From Diadema antillarum (lineage: Eukaryota): DNA of 64,000 nt. The translations under genes were made by a program, and so were the position numbers. Numbering within the stretch: position 1 is the first letter of the stretch; every line of letters begins with the position of its first letter. The notes below the pieces were generated by a model. The model did not search any database. It saw only the letters and a program-made list of their open reading frames with translations, and was not told where the DNA came from. The stretch is from the NCBI RefSeq assembly GCF_040938485.1, contig NW_027271228.1, positions 620,001 to 684,000 of the forward strand. Reading direction: 5' to 3'. Shown here piece by piece: positions 36,968-47,525 of the stretch.

Positions 36968-39900
36968 GTAAGATGAACATTAACGTTAATTGCCTTGTAA
37001 TGGCAGCTTTTGTGTGATTATGATCTCAGTGTATTTCTTACTTCTTGCTTTGTAAAATGTTAACATGTATGTAATCCTCCCAGGACTACCCATCTGTATG
37101 ATGGTGCCATTTCTTTGCAACAAGTGATGACAGAGTTGATAAACTTGCCGGAGCAAAGCTGTATACTGGTAACTAATCAAGCGATTTGTCTGTGAAGCAT
37201 CAGCCAACCATGAGATGGATAAGGAATTTGAACCTAAATAGTCTGAAGTTTAAAAATATTTGTCTTTTTCTCTATTTTTTCTTGTCAAATTTACTCAGTC
37301 TTCTCGTATTCTTGATCATCATGGCTACTTATAGAATACTCCACTTCTCTACTTATTTCACATTCTTTTAAATTGTGTTAATATTTCTCAGTTTTCTACC
37401 TGTCTCCAATATATTTCTCTTTTCCATTTCCATCTTATTTTTCTTTCTTGCATCTTGTCTGTCTTCCTCTCCTTTTTTCTTCACAGTTTTCTTCAACCCC
37501 TTTTCCCTCATCCCTCTTCTCACCTCCTCTTTCTTTCTCATTTATTTTGATCTTCGAATCAAATCAAATCAAGTGAAATCTCATTGCAACTGATTGACAA
37601 ATTGCCCTACATCGACATAAATTATTTATTAATTAAATTTAATATTTACGTCGATGTAGGGCAATTTGTCAATCAGTTGCAATGAAAACATCTCGACAGA
37701 AGAATTTTATGAATTTGAATAAGTGAAATCTCTTTCTTTTAATTTCTGTTTCCTCTTTTCTTGCTTCCATCCTTTTGACCATAACAGCTTTCATTTTTCC
37801 TTTACCTGCCAATAACCATTATTGCACCCTTTATTGTCATTATTGTCTCCCTTGTACATCAGCATTGGCTAGTCTACTTCTTGTACTAGAGTTTGTAATG
37901 ACTACGGCAACCCATGCATAACTTACACAGTGAAGGAAAACAGCCCAGTATTCTAGAGTGTCCCATCTGTGTGCCGGTTTTTTTAATTAAAGGGTGCCAG
38001 CATTTTTACTGTGCATTTCCTCCTCCTATGAAATGACAAATTTTTATGTAACCTGCCGGGCTGCCATTCACTGAATACACTTTGACTTCAGTTGTATTAG
38101 TCTGAGCAAGTGGGAAACTGTTGTGTTACTTGGCTTAAACATGAGTACTTACTTGCCTGACATTGCACAAGTTTCTCCTCGAGTCTGGCGTGTCTTGGGG
38201 GACAATGCCAGCCCAGGACATCTACAGGGGACCAACTGTTACATCATTGGTACAGGGGCAAAGTAAGTTACTGGTATTGAATCCTATATGCTTGCATTTC
38301 AAGAAATGAGGGTAAATATTTGACTTTGTTCACTGCACTCCTATTTTACATTTCATGAAGTACTGTATTTGGTGTTAGAATGCATACGATTTCATTATGC
38401 TCCACAGGAAAAGGTTGGCAAACTCACCACATCCTCTGGCTGAAACAGAAAGCAATAGTAATGACATTTTTGCACAGGGAAAAACCCTGTGATTTCTCTG
38501 GTTCTGTGCCTGTCCGCTTGCTGATTTTTAAGTATTATTGTTTACTTGGAGCATGGATGTGTACTCTTGATGTAGCATTTCAGGTGTAGTAAAAACAGAA
38601 ACAAATAAAAATTATTTGTCACATTATGATTTAGCATAATCCGGCAACCCTTGCATTCCCTAACATCAACTGTATCTTAAAAGATGCACGGACCACCATA
38701 GATAAATACTGTGTACGCCATATATTTCGCGAGTCTAAATTTTTGCGAATCGGGAATTCCTGACGATTTCGCGAGTGATTAAATTCACGATCGTGGAGTC
38801 CTGTACTGAATGGAGATAATGTACACACGTACCTCACATCCACGTTGGGATCAGAGTCAATATTTTCGCGTGTCTTTAATTTCGCGAATAGCACCTGACT
38901 CGCGAAATTCGCAAAAATAAAAACCTCGCGAAATATTCGGCGTATACAGTAAATGATGTATAAAATGGGGAGGGAGAGTTGGTAATAAGAGAGAAGCAAA
39001 GATAGAGCATAAGAAATTGTGGTGGTATGATATACATCCCAATCTGGTTATTTCTTGGAAACATTAGTTAGGTACGGTAATAAATCAATTTAGATTGCAC
39101 AGCTAGATGTGATACTTTGCAGCCCAAAATGGATCATATTCAATTCTTGTGAAATGCTGTCACTTTTGTGTATTTGAGTATCATAAATTCTTCTTAACCT
39201 CTTGAGGATGAGTCCCGAATATACTCGGGCAAGTGTCTTTGGGAAATGCTTGTTAAATAGCAAAATCAGCCCATCCTCAACGGGTTTAAAAGAGTAAAAT
39301 TTGATGCTGCAACTTATCAATCACATATTTCAATTTATTCATGAAAGGTCACAAAACCAAAGACTGTATCATTGATCAGTTGAAAGTGTTGAATGTCTAT
39401 CTCTGTGAGATCCTCTGGTATTATTGTAAATGTTTGAGTGACCAGTGCTGTGATAGCCTCAGCCTTTTGTGTTACAACATCATGTCGTATATATATTGTA
39501 GTAGCTCTAGCTGCATCATATCAAGACTCCCAGGCACACTTGAGACTATACATGTAGATATAATCAACATTCTGTCATTGCCCCACCATTGAAAAGATTA
39601 TACCAGGAAAAATAAAGTATCAATTGGTAGTTGAAATACTATTTGCTTTTGTTGTATGCAATATACAGAGAATGTGTTCCTCTACATATGCCAATTTACA
39701 ATGTATCAATCATATTTTAGTATGTTCTATGTAAGTTGTCTTGCAAACTTGTGATTTAGAAATCACTCAGACTTTTAAACTGTCATAATCCAGTTCGGGT
39801 TTAAGGACAACAGTGAATTTCATTAGTGATCATTATTATTTGACTTCATGTGATGTCTTCTTTGCTTATTTCTACCTTATTTTATGTTACACCAGGGAGG

Positions 39901-42900
39901 TGAGACGAAATCACCTCCCTGGTTACACCTGTAAGGAGTATCTGCAGGCTTACAGGAGCTGTATGTAACTAACCTTGCCAGTGAGAACAGGCAAAAATGC
40001 GTACACTGTATAATCCACATACAAACACAGAACACATACACACACTCAAACCACAACTTGCCTCATCCCCCCACAAGAAAATATAGAAGAAGAGAGTGCA
40101 CATTATTTTTTTTTTACTTTGTTAGAACTGCATAGCAACAATCGGATGAAGTAAAAATTAGAGATGTAACAAAAGACTGAATCTCAATGTATACATACAA
40201 AATCATACACTCAGTTTCATCTTTCACTTTCACCAGCTAATGCTGAGTTAATGTTGAGTAGTAGAAGAAATCACTACCACCAAGAACCTGCCAGTTTGGT
40301 AGGTTTCCTTTGACAATTTGTATGTCATATTCTTCTAAAAGAATACATCATATGATGCATGGGATACAGTCTGAAGATCAGGCATAAACAGAAATGCAAT
40401 AAATACTAACATCTAGGGTATTAAATGAGCTTGTTGATGTCTGAAATGAATATTATATTAAGTTAATCTGTCTGTAGGACTTTAGAAAAGAAAGAAGAAT
40501 ACATGCAGGGTGCTACAGGGTAGCCCGGGACAAGTGAAAATCAAAGTCAGGCAAGTGTTTTGGAACGATGAAAAAAAAAGAATGTTTTCCCGAATAGGGC
40601 AAGCAAAAAGTTTCAAGGCCACCTTTGTAGTCACTCCCACCCCCTCCCCCCCCCCCCCCACAAACCCAAGAAGTCAACCATACAGAAGCCAAAAGATAAT
40701 GACTGTTTAGTGATGCAACTTTCCAATACATGTGTGAAGAAGCCCCAATGCGATGCAACAAAAACACTCGATCAAACCATGTTTGTTACGTTTTGGGCTT
40801 TCTATTTGGGCATGAATTTCATATTCAGTCAGTGTTCTGCAACAATTTGAAAATCTACTTGACCAGACAAGTGGTAAAAGGAAAAAAAAAATATGTAGCA
40901 CTCTGACATGTATGTTCAGGTTGTCATTGTGTCAATGTGTTTGATAAAATACCTTTATATTCTTATGTTGATAGGAGAGTGTTGATTGACACAGGTGAAG
41001 AAGGGAAGCCAGAGTTTGTGAGTAACTTGAGGAAGACACTAGCAGACAATGGTACATCCATCCAAGAGATCCTTGTCACCCATTGGCACCATGATCACGT
41101 CGGAGGGATCGCCGACATCGTCGGTGACCTCCAGTTGGGTAGGTTGTACCATGGTAACAATATTTTATCACCTTTTTATATTCATGAAATTTTATCACCT
41201 TTTTGTACAAAGCCCTTGAGAGTTGCATGGCCTACTTCATGTATTATGGACTTATAGAAGTAATTATGATGATGGCAACAGTGACAGCGACAACAGCAAC
41301 ACTAATAATAACGATAATAACAACAACAGTAATATCTTTTGTAGCAGTTTTCCAATACATGAAGTCCAAAATGCTTTATAACATATTATCAGTAGGCCTA
41401 TTAACCTGATAGCATAGTGCATACATCAGATTAGATTCAACATTTTGAGGGCATTTAATTGTAAAAGTGGATATTTTCTCACGAGTAAGTTTTCACATTC
41501 TGCCAAGTAAGCAGAATTTCGCACGTTTTTTAATTCCATGGAGTCAAGACATTACAAAGTGATACATATAAAAAGCAAAACCCTTTGCGTGCTTTTATTT
41601 CTGCGCCAGTTTTTGATTTGGCAAAAAATTTGTATACAGCGAAAGTTTCATCTGTTACAGTATATCAATTTCTTTGAATACTAGTATCATAAAGTTATCG
41701 TAGAATATCACAGCTGCTATGATGTTAACTAATTGCAGATAATGAAACGCTTCTAAAATTGTTCAATTTTATATTGACGTGATATGATGAGAACATTCTC
41801 CTGCTCTTGTTTGCTAACTCTGAAATAGTTTGAGCCCATTTAAAATGCTTTTGAGGGTCATTTTCGATTTGTGCCTCTTTTAAACCTCAAAAATTGTGCC
41901 ATGTAAACATAAAGATTTGCATGTTTCCAAAAATGAAAGTATCATGGAGTTGTGTTTTAGAGGATCACTGTTAAAAAAAAAGAAAAAAACATGATAAAAA
42001 ACTCTTGCATCTTTGTCAACCCCATTGCTCACATCAAGCAGGAAAAATAAGCAAGCTCTATTTTGCAGTGCCATTATCTTTAAAGCAATGGCTCTAATAC
42101 AGATGTATTGGAAAGTAATTCAATTGCATGTTGTGTTGTTACAGGGACTGATATCAAGATATCCAAGCTTCCCCGTCACCCACCTCAAGAGGAAGAGATA
42201 AACGGAGGAACTCTCAAATACAGCTACCTGAAAGATGGCGAGAAGATTGTCACAGAGGGCGCTACACTAAAGTAGGTTTTTATTTGCCAGTGACAGTGCA
42301 ATGATTATGGTGTTTAGATATATTTAGAGAAATAAATGCATGTGCCATGGCACCAAGACATGCAAAGTTGCTAACAACAACCATTTCAAGAGTATAGGAT
42401 TTCCATTATTCCTGACAGTAACCTTCCAAGATTTTTTTAAAGATTTGCACCACTTTGTTTAAAAAAAAAACCCAAAACAGCCTGCCATTGTATCAGTGAG
42501 ATATACAGCAGTAGAGAAAACAAGCACAATTTCAACACATCACCACAATCAAATGTAATCGTAAACATCATTCTCCTCCACTCGTTATCGCTGTTCTCAT
42601 CATCATCATCATCATCACCATCATTACCCACAACCAAATCATGTCTAAATCATCTATTTCTCACATTATACGTTTTCCCAGAGCTGTTTACACCCCTGGC
42701 CATACGGATGATCACATGGTTCTCATTCTCGAGGAAGAGAATGCTGTTTTCACTGGAGACTGTGTGCTTGGCGAGGGCACAGCCGTAAGAAGTGCTATTC
42801 ATATGCTCTTTGATGATTATTGTTTTGTGTGTGTGCTCATCTTGCTGTCTACTATTATAATTTTTTGAAAATTCGTCATTTGGTGTCCATCATGCATTGT

Positions 42901-45175
42901 CATTTGCAAACTTTTATATATTCAACTTCTTCTTGAAAACTCCATGATGGATATTTACCAAACTTGGCTGATAATGTACCATAAATTTTTGTAGACATTT
43001 TGTCAGTCAATTTAATAGTGTTAGGTGAATTCTTTATTTTGCTAGTATATTGATTATCAGCTTTGTTCTATGTTTTGATTCATATTTTGTCACCATATTT
43101 TTTCGACTTCATGTGATATGTTGATGTGAAATCAAACAAATATCAAAAGAATTCTGAAGAGAAGAGCAGTTACTGTAGGTTGCATTTAGCCCTTGGGGTA
43201 TGTGACAAGTGTGAATGAAAAAAAAGGCAAACAAACAAACAGATAAACAGAATAATCTCAAATGGAGTAGCTTGTCGCTCATTTTTTTCTCTTTCTCATA
43301 TACACTTTGTTCAGGTGTTTGAGGATCTCTACACATACATGAAGTCGCTGGAAAAATTGGTATCCCTCCAGCCTGACAAACTCTATCCTGGCCATGGTCC
43401 TGTTGTAGAGGGCGCTGTTGAAAAGCTTCAGATGTACATCAATCACCGCAACATGAGGGAAGGACAGATTGCAGCCGTCTTAGAGGAGCACAAGACTGAA
43501 GACATGTCAGCGATGGATCTAGTGAAAATAATATACACTGTAAGTTAAATGGGTGCTAATATACTTTAGTATCCATGTACCATAATCTATCATTAAATGC
43601 ATTTTAAGTAAACTTGGCCCTTAGCATTATTTCTTTTACCTTTTTTTATTTTAAAGTGAAACCTTGTATGAGACAAGAGGCCACCCTTTTAACCTGTTAA
43701 GGATGGACTGATTTTGCTACAACACTTATTTCCCATAATCACCTGCCCGAGTATACTCGGGACTCGTCCTCATTGGGTTAAAATCAGTATTTAAGGAATA
43801 CCTTTTATCCTTCATTAGGAAACACCGGAGGTCCTGTATCCAGCTGCAGCAAGGAATGTCAGCCATCATCTTCAGAAGATGGAAAAAGAAGGCAAAATAA
43901 GTAAGAATGACAATAATACACTGTATAACATTCTTGTGTACATTACCACTCTGTTTGAGTGCTCAAAGGGTACAAGTATTGCATGTTGTTACCTGTCTTT
44001 TCATCATCAAGGGAATACCATGTGGTTGTGTCTGGAAGAGAAATAGAATCAATTTACTTTTGAATTTGATTTTAAAAATTCAAGGGTTTTGTTCATACAA
44101 ATGTGCTTTAACTCTTTATGTGCTATGGTAGCTAGGAACCCCCTGTGTGCCACATTATTCTGAGACACCAAAGTAGTCATGCTTTGAGAAAACATTATGT
44201 TTTTCAAATCCTTGTAACTTCTATAGATTTCTGTTAAGCTGGACATGTAGTGAGCGAAGTTGTAGAGAAAATACCAAGCTTTGCTTTGATGAAAATGTTA
44301 TGACAAATCGATGATTGTTTTTCTTTGAAATGACCAATTGCTACATTACAGTAAAGGCATGACTTTTGCACACAAAACAGTGACAGAAACTAAGAATTTA
44401 CATGTAAATCTAGAAGGGAACACCGCTTGATAGTCAGTCACCACATAAAATAGAAGCTATATGTGAGACGAAAGGAAGCTCAAGTAAAGCTCTCATTGTA
44501 CTGTGGTATTTGGTGATTTATCGATCAGTTTGGGCGGGTTTGTGGGTTTGGGCAGAATATGCGAAGTTTGCACGCCGTTGACTGAGTCGGACGTGCAAAC
44601 GTGGCACGTAAAGAGTTAATGAGCCCTACAAAAAAGTTATTTTCCTGGAAGAGTGCAATGAAGGAACTACTGGGGTATTACAATGATATGAAATGTCTAA
44701 GTGTAGACGATATGATCACCTGCTGGCCCATTGGCAAGATATTTTCCTTGAAATGTCCAAAGTAGTTGCCAGCTGACAATAGAGTAGCATGGTACAAGTC
44801 TTACTTTGAAGTGCTCTATGCTTGCCTAGAGTAGCAAGTTACAAATACTTTGATATGCTTTAAACTTGACTGACAAAAACAGGAAGCCCATTGTTTCAGT
44901 TTTCCCTTTTTGTACTGAACTTCTATTCTACCTTTCGAGTCATATGTACACTCATATCTCAATAAAGAGCTATATATTCAGGGCCAGAAGACTATTTTTG
45001 TTGCATACCCCTCCCTCATATAATTCTCAGCTGTCAAAGCTTACTTACTGTATCCTGCATGACATACAAACATGTTTCAAGCGTATTTTGATATTTCTTT
45101 TCTTTTCCTTTTTTCTTCATTTTTCCAGCGAAATCTTCTTCAGATGGTAACTACAGGTGGAAGAGCAACCTCTGA
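36846..45175 (+). CDS. LACTB2: LACTB2, metallo-beta-lactamase-fold endoribonuclease, 289 aa; join(36846..36967 OR 38141..38262,40975..41138,42145..42271,42682..42784,43315..43539,43819..43900,45129..45175)
   Basis: Exons of 122/164/127/103/225/82/47 nt, phases consistent, TGA at 45173-45175. Intact motifs [17 protein letters not shown] (HxHxDH), [67 protein letters not shown] closely match the recalled human LACTB2 sequence. Confidence 0.96.
37581..37685. repeat. Perfect 36-bp inverted repeat with 33-nt AT-rich spacer
   Basis: TCATTGCAACTGATTGACAAATTGCCCTACATCGAC (37581-37616) and its exact reverse complement (37650-37685). Confidence 0.95.
38141..38262 (+). CDS. LACTB2: LACTB2 first coding exon, copy 1b ([41 protein letters not shown])
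   Basis: ATG at 38141, 40 codons + 2 nt, donor AA|GTAAGT at 38263; phase 2 fits exon 2; 22/41 residues identical to copy 1a. Confidence 0.88.
38707..38951. mobile_element. TACTGT...ACAGTA MITE relative
   Basis: TACTGTGTACGCCATATATTTCGCGAG ... CTCGCGAAATATTCGGCGTATACAGTA. Confidence 0.75.
39198..39284. mobile_element. ~85-bp piggyBac-type mini-MITE (reverse orientation)
   Basis: TTAA|CCTCTTGAGGATGAGTCCCGAATATACTCGGGC ... CCATCCTCAACGGG|TTTA. Confidence 0.75.
41458..41662. mobile_element. Degenerate TACTGT...ACAGTA MITE
   Basis: ATTGTAAAAGTGGATATTTTC ... TCTGTTACAGTA with family-like internal motifs. Confidence 0.5.
43693..43777. mobile_element. ~85-bp piggyBac-type mini-MITE
   Basis: TTAA (43689-43692) CCTGTTAAGGATG ... 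CCCGAGTATACTCGGG ACTCGTCCTCATTGGG TTAA (43778-43781). Confidence 0.8.
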
Positions 45176-45414
45176 TGGAGCCAATGTCAAATCATCTTTG
45201 TTGGATTAGTATATTCTTGCTGCAAAAAGACCTCCACTGAAATGATTGATTTAAGTTTGCTGTACTTGGTAAGGCCACTGATATGACAAAGGGACCAGCA
45301 GAACAGTTGAAGAAATGGATTTCACTCTTGATGATTAAAGTCATCTAAATCAGTGTCTTCACCAAGATTGAAGGTGAAGGTATGTTTAAAGTGAAGGGGA
45401 TAAATTCACCTTAA

Positions 45415-45499
45415 CCTGTTGAGGACGGTTTGATTTTACTTCAACATGCATTTCCCATAGACACCTGCCCGAGTATACTCGGGACTCGTCCTCAACGGG
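45415..45499. mobile_element. ~85-bp piggyBac-type mini-MITE
   Basis: TTAA (45411-45414) CCTGTTGAGGACG ... CGTCCTCAACGGG TTAA (45500-45503). Confidence 0.85.
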
Positions 45500-45908
45500 T
45501 TAAAATTACCTGGGAGTATAAAATGCAAATGGCTTCACCTGTTATAGAGGGGGGGGGGGGATTTTCAGCATGTAGTCAATATTTTGTGACCTGACTTCTT
45601 ATGTATAGACTCTGTGGCTGTCAGCGATGACAGCATTTCACAGAAAGCCAGGCAACATTAAAAAGCAATACATGTACACTGTAGTCAACTTAATGGAACA
45701 AGAACTACGCAAAAGTCTCTGCTGTTTCACTGATTCCGTATGATTGAAGTGACATACGATTGTCGGAGTGTATGTCATATTGACGGATGTATAATGGAAG
45801 AAAAAACATAATGAGAGATCTTCTTCTTTTATGATTTCATATACCACGCTGCTACTTTAAATCTTAACCTCAGTTGCTCCTTGGTGAAGTTGTCTTCAAA
45901 AGTTAATA

Positions 45909-46093
45909 CAGTGCATTCCTGTTATAATGAACACGGTTATAACAAAATCCTGGTTACAACGAAGTAAAAATTTAGGCAACAGTATTGTCCATTGTATGTC
46001 TTTTATTGTTTATGTGTTTAAGTGTAATGAAATTTTGATATAGTGAAAGAAAACTCCCTATCTAGAGGATGTCGTCATAATGGGAGTCCGCTG
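45909..46093. mobile_element. Tc1/pogo-type MITE, copy 3
   Basis: TA|CAGTGCATTCCTGTTATAATGAACACGGTTATA ... GGAGTCCGCTG|TA. Confidence 0.7.
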
Positions 46094-46575
46094 TACTGGT
46101 AAACTATAGTTTAAAGCCCTTCCCCTACAGCAACACATTACAAAAGAACTTTCTACCACTTTACACATTAAAGATGGGCTTTGAGTTTGTACCATCCTAC
46201 ACAGTGAAGCAGAAGACAAAATGCTTTGAATTTGTCCATCTGGCTGTCTGTTTCTTCATTCAAGAGAAGAATTCATACTTGTCACCACATTAACTTGAGA
46301 TAGATTCTCTGTAGATGAGAGAAATTCATGATGTGGGTGTTTATCATGCCTAAAATGTAAAGTTACAGAGTTATGTGACACGATATCATTATTTTAAGCA
46401 GTAATTTCAGGAATCACACCTGGTACAGTGATAAGGTAAGGACTATGCATTTCTTGCAGTTCAATATTGTTATTCTTGGTCAGGTAAAGAGATGAAAAAT
46501 TATGTTTTCTTGGCATGGGTAACAGTGGATCCCCTAAAAGAACAGCCACTGGTACTTTGTGATAAACAAGGGCTA

Positions 46576-46952
46576 TAAAAAGTTTGTTGACATATAGGCA
46601 TTTCAATCACCATCCTAACATCTAATGGTATCATTTTTTTAGCATTTTTTTTTCTTCTGTGTCTTTTTTTTTTTGTCTACATATTTTGCTGCCATGATAC
46701 ATAGTAAAAAAAAAAAAAATCTGAAAAATGACATCATTTCACTAGGTCAAGAGTAGTTTGAATTCATATTCTCACAAAATGCCATGGCCTTAGCAGTGCC
46801 ATTTTGCATACATAGAGATATAATATGATGATACTAATTTGGTTGTACAAAAGGTAAATTTTATCTGATAAGCTGTGTTTTTTTAGGAAGGCACACTGTA
46901 AAACAAGGAATGTACGCTTGCATTTTAATTTCGCAAATTTCGCGAGCGCCAA
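46576..46952 (+). repeat. Donor copy of a 377-bp local duplication
   Basis: Identical to 49517-49890 except for two homopolymer lengths. Confidence 0.95.
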
Positions 46953-47110
46953 GATTTGCGAAATTAAAATGCACGCAAAAGTTCTTGTTTCCACTATATG
47001 CATTGAATGCCAGTTGCAGTTTGCGAAAATTTCATGTCGCAAAAAAGGCCATCGGCTCCAATTTGCAAAAATTTCATGCCGCAAGTATACATGTATCATG
47101 TTTTACAGTA
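46894..47110. mobile_element. TACTGT...ACAGTA MITE (full length)
   Basis: CACTGTAAAACAAGG ... GTTTTACAGTA; colinear with 28645-28864. Confidence 0.75.
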
Positions 47111-47176
47111 GTGCAGAGGTATCACTACAGTACAATAAAAAAAAAATAACAGGAAAAAGAATGAACATTGTACATA

Positions 47177-47525
47177 CATGGCCGGCGCAGCCGTGGGGGC
47201 CATGGGGGCTCGGGCCCCCACACTTTTTGTGCACCATACAAAGGAATACATAAGGTGTCATCACTTTGGGCCCCCACACTTTTTTTAACCCGGAAGTACG
47301 TAAGTGGCACTAAAATAGAAATAGATAGGGATCTTGAAATATGGCGGCGGTAAGGTTATGTTTTTTCTCTGAAGACCTTTTTTTTTTTTGCTTGTCAGCT
47401 GAAGAAACCCGGAAGTGGACGGGGAGAAGAGATAAGCCTTTTTTTTTTTGTTTTTGTTTTTGCTTGTTAGCTCATGAAACCTGGAAGTGGGCCCCCACAC
47501 TTTTGAAAACACTGCGCCGGCCCTG
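47177..47525. mobile_element. hAT-like MITE
   Basis: Termini CATGGCCGGCGCAG / CTGCGCCGGCCCTG with repeated GGGCCCCCACACTTTT inside; no clean 8-bp TSD visible. Confidence 0.55.

Noticed and set aside
39891-39923. TGAG-AC-GAAA resembling a hammerhead ribozyme core
   Set aside because: Lacks CUGANGA and stem II; other CTGATGA hits (18969, 20168, 29351, and - strand ~31877) have no matching GAAA/stem arrangement.
42145-42271. Apparent frameshift in LACTB2 exon 3 suggested by the ORF track
   Set aside because: Codon-by-codon reading gives a continuous 127-nt frame ([32 protein letters not shown]...); the listed ORF is another frame.
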